Notes: generated from the sequence alone by a model not told the origin. DNA of 64,000 nucleotides from Tachypleus tridentatus (GCF_004210375.1 NC_134837.1:230505567-230569566); one strand, 5' to 3'; shown: positions 24,978-37,552, numbered from the stretch's first letter. Numbers and translations are program-made.

Positions 24978-27329
24978 CAGTGGTACCTCGGTTCTCGAAC
25001 GACTTTCTTCTCGAACAATTCGGTTTTCGAACATATTGTTTGAGAAAAAAAATGTCTCGGTTGTCGAACATAAACTCGGTTCTCGAACCAAGTGTCGTGG
25101 CCCGAAACCCCGAAATAACCCGACTGATGACCCGAACGACCCTTCGACCATTTTTGGCCCGCACCAAGCTTGCCCAAAACATTTTATCCGCACCTGTCGC
25201 TCAGTCCACACCCCTGCTAAAATCTGATGTGAACGTTCTCGTTTTTCTTTTTTTCTTCTAAATATTCTGATTAAATAAGCAACCATGGGGTAAAAGAAAT
25301 ATAATGAAATCAGCAAACCAAAAAGAAAAGTAGTTAGAGCCACAATAGAGGTGAAAAAAGATCTCACAGCCAAGTATGAGAGTGGTGTTCGCGTGTCTGA
25401 CCTTGCTAAACAGTTTGGTATGACGAAGTCCACACCATACTGAAAAATAAAAAGGTCATCAAAGGAGTTGATGTTGCAAAAGGAGTGACAGTGCTTAAGA
25501 AACAAAGATCACAAACAATGGAAGAGGTAGAAAAACTGTTGTTGATTTGGGTAAACGAAAAACAGTTAGCTGGTGATAGCATTTCTTAGACCATCATTTG
25601 TGAGAAAGCAAAGCAGTTGCATGCTGACCTACTAAAAACACCCCTGGAATAAGTGCTGATACAAGTGATGCCTTTAAGGCTAGTAGGGGGCTGGTTTGAA
25701 AAATTTCGGAAGAGAAATGGCATACATAGTGTGGTGAGACATGGGGAGGGTGCCAGTTCTAACAAAGACGCTGCTGATAAATTTGTTAGGGAATTTAAGG
25801 ACTATCTAGAAGCTGAGGGTTTTATTCCCCAACAAGTGTCAACTGTGATGAGACAGGCCTCTTTTGGAAGAAAATGCCAAAGAGGACCTACATCACGAAG
25901 GAGAAGTCACTGCTAGAACACAAGCCAATGAGGACAGGCTAACTCTATTGTATGTAGTAATGCAAGTAGAGACTTAAAACTTAAGCCTTTGTTTGTGTAC
26001 CATTCTGAGAACCCGAGGATTTTAAGAAAATAGTCTCCGGAAAAGTAAACTAAATGTCATGTGGAGGGCTAATAGTAAAGCATGGGTAACCAAACAATTT
26101 TTTCTGGAGTAAGTCCATGAAGTGTTTGCTCCAAGTGTAAAGAATTACGTCACGGAAAAACAGTTGCCACTCAAGTCCCTTCTTGTGATGGACAATGCAC
26201 CTCCTCACCCACCAGACTTGGAGGACGGGTTGGTGGAGGAGTACAGTTTCATTACAGTGAAGCTCTTGCCCCCTAACACGACTCCCTCATTCAGCCCATG
26301 GAGCAGGTCATATCGAACTTTAAGAAACTCTACACCAAAGTACTGTTTCAAAGGTGCTTTGAAGTGATCTCTGACACAGAGTTAACACTTACAGAGTTCT
26401 GGAAAAAATCACTTTAATATCCTCCATTGCTTGAGGATCATATAAAAAGCCTAGAGGGAAGTGTCTTTGATGACCATGAACTCAGCCTGGAAAAATTGTG
26501 GCCAGACTCAGTAGCAGGTAGAGACTTTGAAGGCTTGAATGTAAGTGGTGATGATGTGGAGGAGTTGGTAAAAGACCACAACACTGAGCTCACCACGGAA
26601 GAACTCCAAGATTATCAGAAGGAGCAGCAACAGAAGGCAACTGAGGAAGTGTCTTCAGAGGAGGAGGAGGGAAGGGAGGATGTTCCTAGTTCACTAATCA
26701 AGGAAATGTGTGGAAAATGGGGAGAGTTACAAAGTTTTGTGGAAAAATTTCACCCTGACAAAGCTGTAGCAAACCGCAGCATAAACCTTTTCAGTGACAA
26801 TGCCATGTCTTACTTCAGAAACATTTTAAAATGTAGGCAGAAACAAACCTCATTAGACAAGGTTTTAGTGAGAAATAGTTCTAGTGAGTCTCAAGCAGGT
26901 TGTAGTGGTGCAAAGAAACATAAAAGAGAAAGAACCCCAAAAGGAGAGTTATTTGACGTTTTAATGGAAGGTGACTCCTCTTCCAAACAATAATAACCTT
27001 CCTACTCTCCACGTTCCTCACCACCTTTCACTTACGCCATCAGCTCTCCTCAGCACAGGTAAAGTGTAGTTAAATTTTCATATTATTGTTTTTTTTAATT
27101 GTGTTTATAGTTTTTGTTGTTGACTTTATGCATGTAAGTATTATTATACAGGTATAAATAAGCAATATTTTTACCTAAAATGCTTCATAATGCGTAATTT
27201 TTGGAGGTCTGTAACACATTAATTTAATTTACAGTATTTCTTATGGGAAAAATTGATTCGGTTTTCGAACAAATCGGTTTTTTAACAGCCTTTTGGAATT
27301 GATTAAGTTCGAGAACCGAGGTACCACTG
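24978..27329 (+). mobile_element. Tigger/pogo-family DNA transposon with TIRs, TA duplications and internal subterminal direct repeats of the form cggttctcgaac / cggttttcgaac.
   Basis: CAGTGGTACCTCGGTTCTCGAAC at 24978. Its reverse complement ends at 27329. TA lies at 24976-77 and 27330-31. Confidence 0.85.
25270..26993 (+). pseudogene. Tigger/pogo transposase, frameshifted. It has a CENP-B-type N-terminal HTH, GWFEKFRKRNGIHSVVRHGE (HTH_Tnp_Tc5), the DDE-region motif LVMDNAPPHP…LPPNTT, and an acidic C-terminal tail.
   Basis: ORFs 25653..25916, 26122..26367 and 26427..26993 lie in different frames. The motifs match tigger-derived proteins. Confidence 0.8.
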
Positions 27330-27949
27330 TACTTCTTAAACATTTCCCTGAAGATAACATCAACCTGGCAGTTGTAACTTAGACTATAAATTAATTATCA
27401 TCTAGTGAAAAGTTAACTAATTATTAATTAAGTTACTAAGAGTTAAGTCTACTAAACACGACAACGACAAATCTACTTAATTCTTATAATATATATTAGA
27501 CATTACAGAATATCAAATACAAAGTATACAGAGGCTGAATACGTTATTTGAAATGACTTTGGAGCCTCACCACATTATTAAATTAAATATCACTAACTCC
27601 CCATCTTGGCAATAGATATACAGCATAGTTTCTATTGCAAAGTGGTCCGTCATAAGGTTTTCATTCAAAGCACACACCTCTTTCCAACCTGCTGATTTCA
27701 ATAATGTAGCTAGTATACGATGTAACAGATTTACTTTATACATTTATTTTAGTGCATAGACTTGTTTCATTATAGTTTTTAGTTTGCATGTGATGTATAT
27801 TCTTGACTGGGTATTGTGCAAGTACAACCTATTATCGAAATTTGTAAAACATTCACGTGCGTAAGAATCAACAATATACTAGATGCATATATAATAATAG
27901 AGATTGACAGTTTTGTCACGAGCTTTGGTAAATATTCTGGAGTCTCGCG

Positions 27950-28258
27950 TGATTGATGTATAAAAACCGACCAGTCGAGAGAAAGAGTGTTATTGTTGGA
28001 AAGCTACAATCAGTATGTGCTATAAGCCTAGGAAGCTAGAATTGTGATCAACGTTTATTGATCGGAAAACCACAAAATTTGACCAGAGACATTACAACTT
28101 TCAAACATAAGAAACAGTTCAACTTCAGTGAATTACTTTGGACCTTATTATTTCCATAAGGACCTCAAATATTTTTGCTGGAATGAGTCATCTGGTATAC
28201 AGTGTGAAGCCAGCCAAGAAAAAGACACCATTAACTTACGCGAGTCATAACAGTATTA
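27950..28258 (+). repeat. ~300-bp sequence that recurs at 31235..31500 at roughly 75% identity, flanking the gag-pro-int fragment. It may be an LTR or leader remnant.
   Basis: The two copies align by eye (ataaaaaccgac.agtcgag … gtgaagccagccaagaaa…). Confidence 0.5.
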
Positions 28259-28528
28259 GTTTGTTTTGAATTTCGCGCAAAGCTACACGAGGGTTATCTA
28301 TGCTAGCCATTCCCTAATTTAGCAGTGTAAGACTGGAGAGAAGGCAGCTGGTCATCACCGCCCACAGCCTGCTCTTGAGCTACTCTTTTATCAACGAAGA
28401 GGGGATTGATCGTTACATTATAATGCTCCTAGCTGAAAAAGCGAGCATGTTTGGTGTGACGGGATTCGAACCTGCGACACTCACATTACGAGTCGAGTGC
28501 CTTAACCACCTGGCCATGCCGGGCCACG
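28259..28528 (-). mobile_element. SINE family 1 copy with an 11-bp target-site duplication TAACAGTATTA.
   Basis: The duplication lies at 28248..28258 and 28529..28539. The copy is inserted just after the ~300-bp LTR-like repeat. Confidence 0.9.
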
Positions 28529-28949
28529 TAACAGTATTAACTCAGAATTAATTTGCTCGTCATGGATGTGGACCATCGATAAAATATTCAGTTTTAAGCC
28601 GAATATAAAACTTAGTATAGTTTGTAACTTTGTAAAACCCTTGTATATAAACCATCATTTGTAATATTTATTAGTAATAATAGTTATTATAATTTGTATT
28701 GTTTTTTACTGTGTATTCAAATATATTTCTGTTAAAAAGAAAATTGTATCAATCTTGTTGGCAAATAACATAAATTTAACTAACTACGAAATTCAAATTA
28801 AAATTTCCAGTTATATGGAATAGTAATACCTAATTATGTAACATAATAGATCGGAGATTTGTTCGAAATAAATTATAATACGTAACATAATAAATTGGGG
28901 GGTCGTGTCAGAAATATGAACCAGAGATAAAATTTGTTCTAAATTAAAA

Positions 28950-31190
28950 TTCAAATCTTAATACGATTTATATTAATCAGTGCCGACAAGACTTGATCAT
29001 GTCCGATTGTCAAAGTCTTATTGCACCATTCTCCCTTGAACAACTAGAAAAATATAACAGAAATAAATTGCTTGAAATTGCCAAAATTTTAGAATTAGAT
29101 GTTAAAAATCAATGAGAAAAACAAACTAAAAAGTATATTGTTGAAATATTATCGACGATGATTTGTTGTCTGAGGAAGCATTAGGAGAATATTCTAGCCG
29201 ACCAAAGTTGAGTGATGAAGATATGTTAGAAATCCAATTAAAACTCAAACAAATCGGGCTTGAACAAGCCTGCATCGAAGCCCAGAAAGAGAAAGTCCGT
29301 AAACGTCTAGAGGCAGAACAAGCCCATATCGGGGCCGAGAAAAAACAAGCTCTATTGAAGCAAAAACGGAAATTAGGCTGAAAGAAATGGAAATTAGACT
29401 CATCTCTGATCGATCAAGACAAAATGACAACTTTTAATTCAGTCGATATATTAAAGTATCACCCTTTAATCAAAATGAAATTGATAAATATTTCTAGCAT
29501 TTTGAAAAAGTTGACAAAATCGTGGAATGGCCCACCGAAAAATGGTCATTATTATCACAGAGTATTTTGACTGGTAAAGCAGTAGAAGCTTATGCTGCTC
29601 TGGCTTTAGAAGATAGTATAGATTATGATAGGATTAAATCAGCTATACTCGAAGCATATGAATTAGTACCAGAGGCTTATCGCCAAACGTTTTGAGGTTA
29701 TTACAAGCAAGATAGTCAAACGTATATGGAATTCGCCTACGAGAAAGAGGTTTGTTTGATTTATAGTGTAATTATAAGCATATTGGTAACAGTTTTGACA
29801 AACTAAGACAATTTAGACAAATTATACCTAATTGAGAAATTCAAACACTGTACAAGTGATTACCTCAAAACTTATTTGAATAAAAGAAAGCTGAAACACT
29901 ACAGGAAGCAGCTTCTGTTCCTAATAATTACACCTTAACACAGAAGACCACTTTTCATTAAAAAAAATTCTTGTCATCTTATCACAAACCAATATATGTC
30001 CGATCCACTAAAGTTGAGGATTCTTCTAAAAATCTATGGTTCGAAATTCTCAGACAGTCATTATACTTCATCAAAACCATCAAAGCCTGTTTGTTATTTT
30101 TGTAAAAATCCTGGTCATGTTATGCCCGATTGTTGGAGTTTAAAAAGAAAAAAGAAAAGGATGCAACACTTACTGCGTTTGTGTCCGCATACGGACGTAG
30201 TTTCACTAGATCACATGATATCGTTTATTTGGCCACTGCTAAAAAGGGTGATGCAGCTAGAGAGGAATTTATACCTTTTATGTCTGTTGGTTCCGTGTCT
30301 TTGACAAAAGCCACTGCTAACTCCATACTTATACGTATTTTACGTGATACTGGAGTATTCCAATCATTGTTGTTAGAAGGTGTATTATCTTTAAACTTGA
30401 GCTTTGTTACTGGTGAGTCTATTATTATTCAGAGTATTGAGGGTGGTTTTATTAATGTCCCTCTTCATTACTTTTGTTTCATGCCAGACCTAGTTTTGGG
30501 ACTAGTTGTGGTTGGAGTAAGACCTACCCTACAGTTCAGGGTGTATCATTATTGTTGGGAAACGATTTAGATCGGGGAAAAGTTGTTGCCGAACCCAAAA
30601 TGGGTAGCGAGCTGATCACTGTTTCATCTAAGGATAACGTTGTTGTTCAGGAGAATCCAAAAGTGTTATTAATAAATTAAGCTGAAAACAAACGATAGAG
30701 ACGTGTTCAGAAAATAACATTATCGATTTAATCACAGACATTTTTTGGGTCTGACTTGGATTTTCTGGATGATTATTCTACTGAAAATTCTTTAATGAGG
30801 TGCAATAATAGACGTGATGGATCTGATTCGTCTGTTCAAGTTCCCTTTGCTAAAAGCATACTGATCCACGAGCAAGAAAAGGATCTGCAGATCTCTTCCT
30901 TATTTAACTGTGCACTTCCAAAAGATAATACGGATAAAGTTCCTAATGGTTATTTTTGCAAAGATAATGAGCTCATGAGAAAATGGAGCCCACCAAATGT
31001 ACAAGTTCCAGAGGAAGGGGCAATTTAGTGTTTTAAAACCATATAATTCGGAAATATTGAAAGTTGCCAATAAACTTCATATTGGAGCTCATTTAGGAGT
31101 CAATAAGATGTGTGAAAAAATTATGGGACATTTCATTTAGCCCAAAAATTAACTAAAGTGTTTCTTCCTTTTGTGCAATTTGTCATATAT
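28950..31190 (+). mobile_element. Internal fragment of an LTR retrotransposon. It holds a gag capsid-like region, a CCHC zinc knuckle, an aspartic protease (DTG) and the N-terminal HHCC part of integrase. Reverse transcriptase and RNase H are absent, and there are several frameshifts.
   Basis: Capsid-like region WPTEKW…LVPEAYRQTF at 29527..29694. Zinc knuckle CYFCKNPGHVMPDC at 30089..30130. Protease motif ILRDTGVFQSLL with DTG at 30346..30354. Integrase N-terminus ILKVANKLHIGAHLGVNKMCEKIMGHF at 31055..31140. Confidence 0.65.
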
Positions 31191-31234
31191 ATTAATTGGC
31201 TGGAAAACTTAACCAGAAAATTTCTGCTACCATA

Positions 31235-31500
31235 AAAACCGACTAGCCGAGCTTACTATTGAACAACTACAATCATTGTGCTATAGACTTAGGAAGGTAT
31301 AATTGTGATTAACGTTTATTAATAGGAAAACTACATAATTTAATCAGGAAAGTTATAGATTTCGAACATTACAAATCGTTAAACTTCAGTGAAATACTTC
31401 GGGCATTAGAGTTTGTACGAGAACAGTAAATATCTTTGCCGTAAGGAATCAGCGTTCACCCGGTGTGAGGCCAGCCAAGAAAGTGACAAATTCCATTTAT
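31235..31500 (+). repeat. Second copy of the ~300-bp direct repeat, the partner of 27950..28258.
   Basis: See the partner entry. Homology ends near 31500. Confidence 0.5.
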
Positions 31501-32473
31501 GGAAACACGTGGTTATGTTACCACCGGTAAATCATTTTTATAAGACGCAACTAATTCTCTATATAGATAAAACCCTGGAATATATATTGATTACAAAGTT
31601 AATCACTGTACACAGACTATATTATAGGTTGGAATATGTCAAACATGAATTTACTTATTTTTCTCTTGATTTTAATACATATTATAGTAAGCGAAACAGA
31701 AGTACATTTACTTTATAAGATGGGTATTGTACGCCGAATTATGTCAGCATAAAGATAAAGATTCTTATTTTACAGAGTAGGCTATGTAAACAAAGCGCTA
31801 CTTAATGTAGAATGTTGTATATCAAAAACTTATTTTACGCATTCTGTATCGCAAAAGTGTTGAAGCATTACTACTGATCTTTAACTTACACTGCACAACA
31901 AAGTTTTTGCTTCTTGAACACTGTTGGGTGTTCCTTATAGATTTTTGGCTGCTGATCACAAAAATCACATCCAAATTTGCCCATCACGTACCGTTTCATC
32001 TAAATCTTGGTTTCACCAGGACATTGCTACAATGGAAAAACGATATCAGGGCAACTGGAATCCATCAATGCTTTTTGACAACTGTTGGACACTGCAACGT
32101 GATGCACCGGACATTGAATACAAACGAAAATCAGGAGCAAAACACTTTTAATTATATTGAACTTAATAGCGTATTAGAAACATAAACGCAATTAAATACG
32201 TTATTGCCGGTAAACAGTTAACTGTCTATTTCTCAGAGTTTCTATGTGATGAAGCAAAACCAAAACTATATTTGTACACACCCACCAGGTACCTGTCACA
32301 ATCAGCAAAAACTTTTCAGGAAACAAAACTTTTCAAAAAAATGGTTGTGCAGTGTCTTTTATATTTATAAACTGTATTATAATTTTTGTTAAAAAATACT
32401 TACCCAACCAAAATAATCGTTCTTTATCATATTCCGCGTATTTTTCAATAATAGCTGATAAAGACACGTTACC

Positions 32474-33747
32474 TGACATCTGTGTTCCACACTGGCGTAG
32501 AATCCAGGCAATTTATCCTCACAAGTAAAGGAAGTTCGTGGGATATTCGAAATAGTAGGGTAGTCGCTTCCAGCCTTCCCGGGGATGGCACTCAGGTCGC
32601 CTTCTATATCAATAATAAGCTGATCATCAAAGTCTTTATCCCTATTTGATTTAGTTTCTTGTATTTGACGTTGTTGTTGACCGTAACTTCGTGGAAGCTC
32701 TGAGACTTTGTATCTTACAGTTGGTATAGAGACTGGTTTTTGTTCTTTAGGATTTTTCCTGTAAAATGTATTTTGTAAAGATGTGTGTTGAACAAATGAT
32801 TCTTGGCTTTCATCTTTGTATTTCTGGACAGATGGTCGCTGTGGTGTTACTTGCTGGAACTTAGGAGTTGATTGAGGGTTAGCCTTTTTAAGCTGGGGAG
32901 TGGTTTTCTTTAAAACTGATTCAGGACTGTTAAGAATCACTCCATGCTGCTGATGTGAGCCTTTGGCTATTGGTATCAATAATTTATTACTTTTAATGGA
33001 ATGTTGAGTTGAGAAATATGACTGCTGATTTCTTTTAAAATAACTTTCCCGTGTAGGCTGTAGCAGTGTGATTTGCCTTGTTGGAATGTCAGCGTTTATC
33101 CTTTTTTCGTCATTTAAAGAATGTTGAGCAAAAACATGTATAGGACGTCCTAGCTGTGATATGGGTTTTCTGCTGAATCTGTCATTCTCTACTGACTTTA
33201 CTTGTGGAATCGGTTGTAAAGAACTAGTTTCTTCTTCATTGTTTTCTTTGTCATCTTCGTTAGTGAGAGAGTATTGTTCAAAGAAACGAAGAGGGCGCTT
33301 TTGCTGTGTGGAATTTTGTCGAAGGCTGTCATCTTCTACAGTCTGCACTGGAGGAGTTTCTTGGTTTGGTCCACCCACTGACTCTACAAAGAGTGGTATG
33401 TGTGAGATCTGTACTTGAGGTGTGGTAGATTGCTTGGCAGTGAAAGGTATTTGTAACTGTTTTGGTGGTTGAAATGTTAGTTCAGAGTCAGGTTGATGGA
33501 AAGGTTCAGGTGATTGAGTTGGCGAACCATTAACATCTGTATTTGGTTGCTGTACAAATATAAACTGTTTCTCTTCTTGGATCTTTTCTTTGGTCTCCTT
33601 CACAGATCCGTTATCTACTACTCCACTGACTGGTCCTCGACTGAATCTGATGACGACATTAGCAGGTCGTAAGAATTTTGCTCTCGGGTCATTTGGGTCA
33701 AGATCAGGAGGTTGATACCTGTAACTGAGATCCAGAGGCTTGTAGGG
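32474..33747 (-). CDS. Internal coding exon of a peritrophin/mucin-like gene. It is a long Q/P/S/T-rich low-complexity region ending in the N-terminal half of a chitin-binding peritrophin-A (CBM14) domain (…SFTCEDKLPGFYASVEHRCQ). The exon ends at a GTAACG donor.
   Basis: The 455-aa minus ORF 32389..33756 supplies the reading frame. The minus-strand sequence ...CAC AGA TGT CAG|gtaacgtg gives a canonical 5' splice donor directly after Cys-Gln. The upstream boundary is either the ATG at 33756 or the acceptor tctgtttatgtttcag|CCC at 33748. There is no signal peptide, so a 5' exon is missing. Confidence 0.6.
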
Positions 33748-36700
33748 CTGAAACATAAACAGAATGTGAAAACAGAGTCAAAACGAGACAGAGTGATTTA
33801 TATACAGTAGTTTGAATTAATGTATCATGTGCTATGTGTGTTTACTTTACATCAGTAACTAAATATTTCTAATTACAGTAAGGAATTGTTACCACCAGAG
33901 AACAATATACTTAAATTTAAACTGACAAGATACAGAAAATTCTGACATATTCTAAAAGTATGTACTAAAACTTAATGATTTAAATAATGATATAACGTTG
34001 CTGTTTTGGTTTGGTTTGTGATCTTAAAACTCTTTACTTTGACATCAACTTACTTGAATTATCTCAACAACAGTATCGTATTGTAGCACAGAAAAAATGT
34101 CGAATCAAGTTTTCTGAATGTTACAAGTTAACAAATTATCTACCTAGATTTATCATTTAGTATTAAAATAATATTATTATCCACTTTTCTTCTTTACTTC
34201 TTTACAGGTGAAATGAGTAAATGTATTTTTGCATATTTTTAATATTTTATGTGTCGTTCGTTAAAAATATCGTAGAGAAAAGACATTGTCAAACACAGTC
34301 ATACAATACTTGTAATCCGCGATTCGAATCTCGTAACTTTTGCAAGTGAAGTAATAAATTTTTCCTATCATATATTTATGTTAGATATTTGATCAAAGCT
34401 GTACAAAAGCTGTGCTAGCCGTCCAAGATTTTAAACAAATAGCCTCGAGGGACGCAAGCTAGCGCGTAGCACCCACCCCAACTCTTTGGTTGTTCGTAAC
34501 TGAATTAATCGTTCATTAAGACATTTTTTAAACTATTCCGACCGTCCAAAGTATTCACATTAATTCTGGTTTAATATAAATGTAAAATTTAAAAAAATAA
34601 ACGACAATGCTTGAAACCAACTGCTAAAACTACAGAATATTTACATATATGTGAGTATACTTACTAAGATATCCTGTCCCTTGATTAAGCCTAATCCTAT
34701 GATTCCTAAAAAAGAAAGCAATGGTAATGTTTGAGAATTAAACATCTCATATGTTTAGAATATCAAAACCATGTTAGAACTTTAAGATATCCATTTATAA
34801 CTTCTGTAGTATTTGTATGTTTTGTATAATATGAATACAGGAGACAAAATGAATTTTATTATGGAGTAGGTCATCTGGGTTGGACATGAGATGGATTTTA
34901 TAACGAGAACTTTGAAAGTGCATCAGATATAACCTTTTTTTATGTAGAGTTCCACCATGTTCAAATGTCAAATGGTAAGAACAAAGCTATTTATTAATCG
35001 CGAGTATACGGTTTCTTAAGCATATGCTTTTTAGCGAAGAGTTAAATTAATATATAATTTTTGCGTTCAAGAAAACAAATCTTACTTTGAATTTACCCTT
35101 GTTAACTGCTGAATAAAAACAGCTTGGTTACGGCTTTTTAACGCTAAACAAATTAAAACTTCGTCCGTAGCAAATGCCACAAAAACTTTGATTAAATCTG
35201 TAGCACTCATTAAAACTTCTAATCTGAGATTATAACATTTGACAAAACAATAAAAAAATATCAATATGTTTATGTGTTTACATATATATAAAAGTTTTGA
35301 TATTAAAGTACGAAAGAAAAGTAATCGTGAATATTTAAATCAGAATTTTCAGCATAAACAGCACCTTATTCACACAGACTAAACGGAAAGATAAGAAACA
35401 CCTGAATTTTAGGCATTAAAGTCCCTAATTTTTAGCTACTTACCAGAGCAAAGGCAGCCAGTTTGCAGAAGTTACAATCACAAGTGTTCTTTCTGTGTGG
35501 CTTTTTGAACCAAATAACAAGACTGATGCTACTTGTTAGCAATTGAAATCTTGAGACCTCTTCAATGGCATTGCATCTCGAACGTTAGGCACTTCGATAC
35601 GTAGCTCAGTACATTAACTACTATACTATGTCCATTTCCAGTAGTCGTGGATTTTACGTACATGAAGTATAAGATTAAGGAAATGATATCTAAACTTACA
35701 AGAACCCGCAACCAATGTAATAACTATTAGAATTCAAAATTATGATAAAAAGACGATGTTTCTGTTATTATTTCTATGCACTGAAACTATTTTTCACCCA
35801 ATCACACGCTTCATTATTATAATTGAATAAATATATTTATTATTATAAATATAACATGCGAGACAAAAATTGGGTTTCTCTATGCATCAAAGATGTAGGC
35901 AATGTTCCGCACTTCAGGGTTGTTGGATAACAAAAGGCCAATAGTTTGTGAGGATTTCTGCTGATTAACTTTATTCCTTCTAGAATATTACTTTAAAATT
36001 AGGGAAGACCAGCGTAGATGAATGATCCTCTCGCCAATAACCAAAAAATGAAAAAAAAAACATTACTGTCAAGTTGAAGATTTTAAGAAAGAGAGTTTAA
36101 AAGCACACTTTTCTTATTTTTACAAAAAATAATATTACCACAATGTTTGCGAAATAAATTTCCTCAAGAAAAGTTAGCAAGGTTAAAATAACAATTAAAA
36201 GTTATTTTAGAGTAAATATACAAACCAAGAAGAGCACAAAATGCAGTTCTCATGTTTCTCCGTTTGTGTGTCCTCCAACTAGGTTCTGTCTGTAAAATAG
36301 GATAAAAGGGTATGTCAAGTACATATTCAGGTAGGTCCACCCAATTCTTGCGCACAACCTTGATCTAAAGTTGATTTAAACAGAACTCATTGACCGACCG
36401 TTTCGGTCATTTGCCCATGACGTTGTTATCACTATATATTGTTCTTATTTCCCATTTTGACATTCACCTACATGCAATATCAGTCTAACGTAATTTATGT
36501 TTGTAGGTTATAGTAGAGGCGTTTTCAGACGAGTACTAGAAAATATCTTAATTTGGTGATGAAGACTTTATCTGGGTTGTTATGTAAACAAGTAAACTCT
36601 GTTAATCATAGCTATTCGATTAAGTCAGTCACAAACATTTCTCTCTAGCTGTATCTATTATAGGTCACTGGTATTTGTTCTAGAAAATATGGAGACAAAC

Positions 36701-37337
36701 TAAGTTTATTCTTTTACACACATACACACACCTTGGTGGGAAATGGTTAGGTAATATGGACTTTGATTTAACGTGGATGAAGTGCAGGTAAATGACATAT
36801 CTGAAGGTTTCTACAGATAAAACTAAAACTGTTCTTTATTTTGTTGCCTACATATCTGTTTGCTATAGAAGGTCCTCCTGTGTGAACCAGATTAGCAAGC
36901 TATTATCTATATGGACCCAGCGGTTAGCGAGAGTTAGCAATTGAAATAGTGCTATGTTTTGCCCTTTTCATAATTAGAACACAATATTTTTTTTCAGATA
37001 TATCAAGGTAAAATTATCAAAATTTTCTTGAATGTGTTTATGTGCCTGTGTGTGTGTGTTTTCTTATAGCAAAGCTACATCAGGGTATCTGCTGAGTCCA
37101 TCGAACTTGGATGTATTATCAATGTATTTCTCGATATGCTTATAAATACGATGTGTAGCGTCAGAACATGCATTAATTTTCTATTTTTAGGCAAAACCAC
37201 AATAGTCATGTTGCAGAGGTTCATACTTGTTTAACCATGTTTATGGGTCATTAATCTCTTGATATGTGGGTTATATCAAAGTCAAGGATGGTACAAAATA
37301 ACAATACAAGTTAGTAAGAACTGAAGAACTGTGTCCC

Positions 37338-37552
37338 CCGGCCCAGCAAGGCCACGTGGTAAAGACACTCGAGTCGAAATCCGAGGATCGCGGGTTCGAC
37401 TATTTGTTCGTAAAAGAGTAGCCCAAGAGCTGGCGGTGGGTGGTGATGACTAGTCTCTTTCCCTCTAGTCTTACACTGCTAAAGTAGAGACGGCTAGCGC
37501 AGATAGCGCTCGAGTAGCTTTGCGCGAAATTCAAAACAAACCATGCCAAACC
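37338..37552 (+). mobile_element. SINE family 1 copy with an internal deletion of about 60 bp.
   Basis: cggcccagcaaggccacgtggtaaagacactcgagtcgaaatccgaggatcgcgggttcgac … gcgcgaaattcaaaacaaa. Confidence 0.85.

Larger units (their letters stand above)
22085..32473 (-). other. Inferred ~10.4 kb intron (GT…AG) of the CBM14/mucin-like gene, filled with transposable elements.
   Basis: Donor gtaacg at 32473..32468 on the minus strand. Acceptor tttttag ending at 22085. Exon phases are compatible. Confidence 0.55.

Noticed and set aside
24935-25505. Minus-strand ORFs of 78 to 182 aa overlapping the 5' end of the Tigger element
   Set aside because: They are antisense to the Tigger TIR, subterminal repeats and N-terminal HTH coding region, with no recognisable motifs. 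The Tigger reading frames on the plus strand explain the region.
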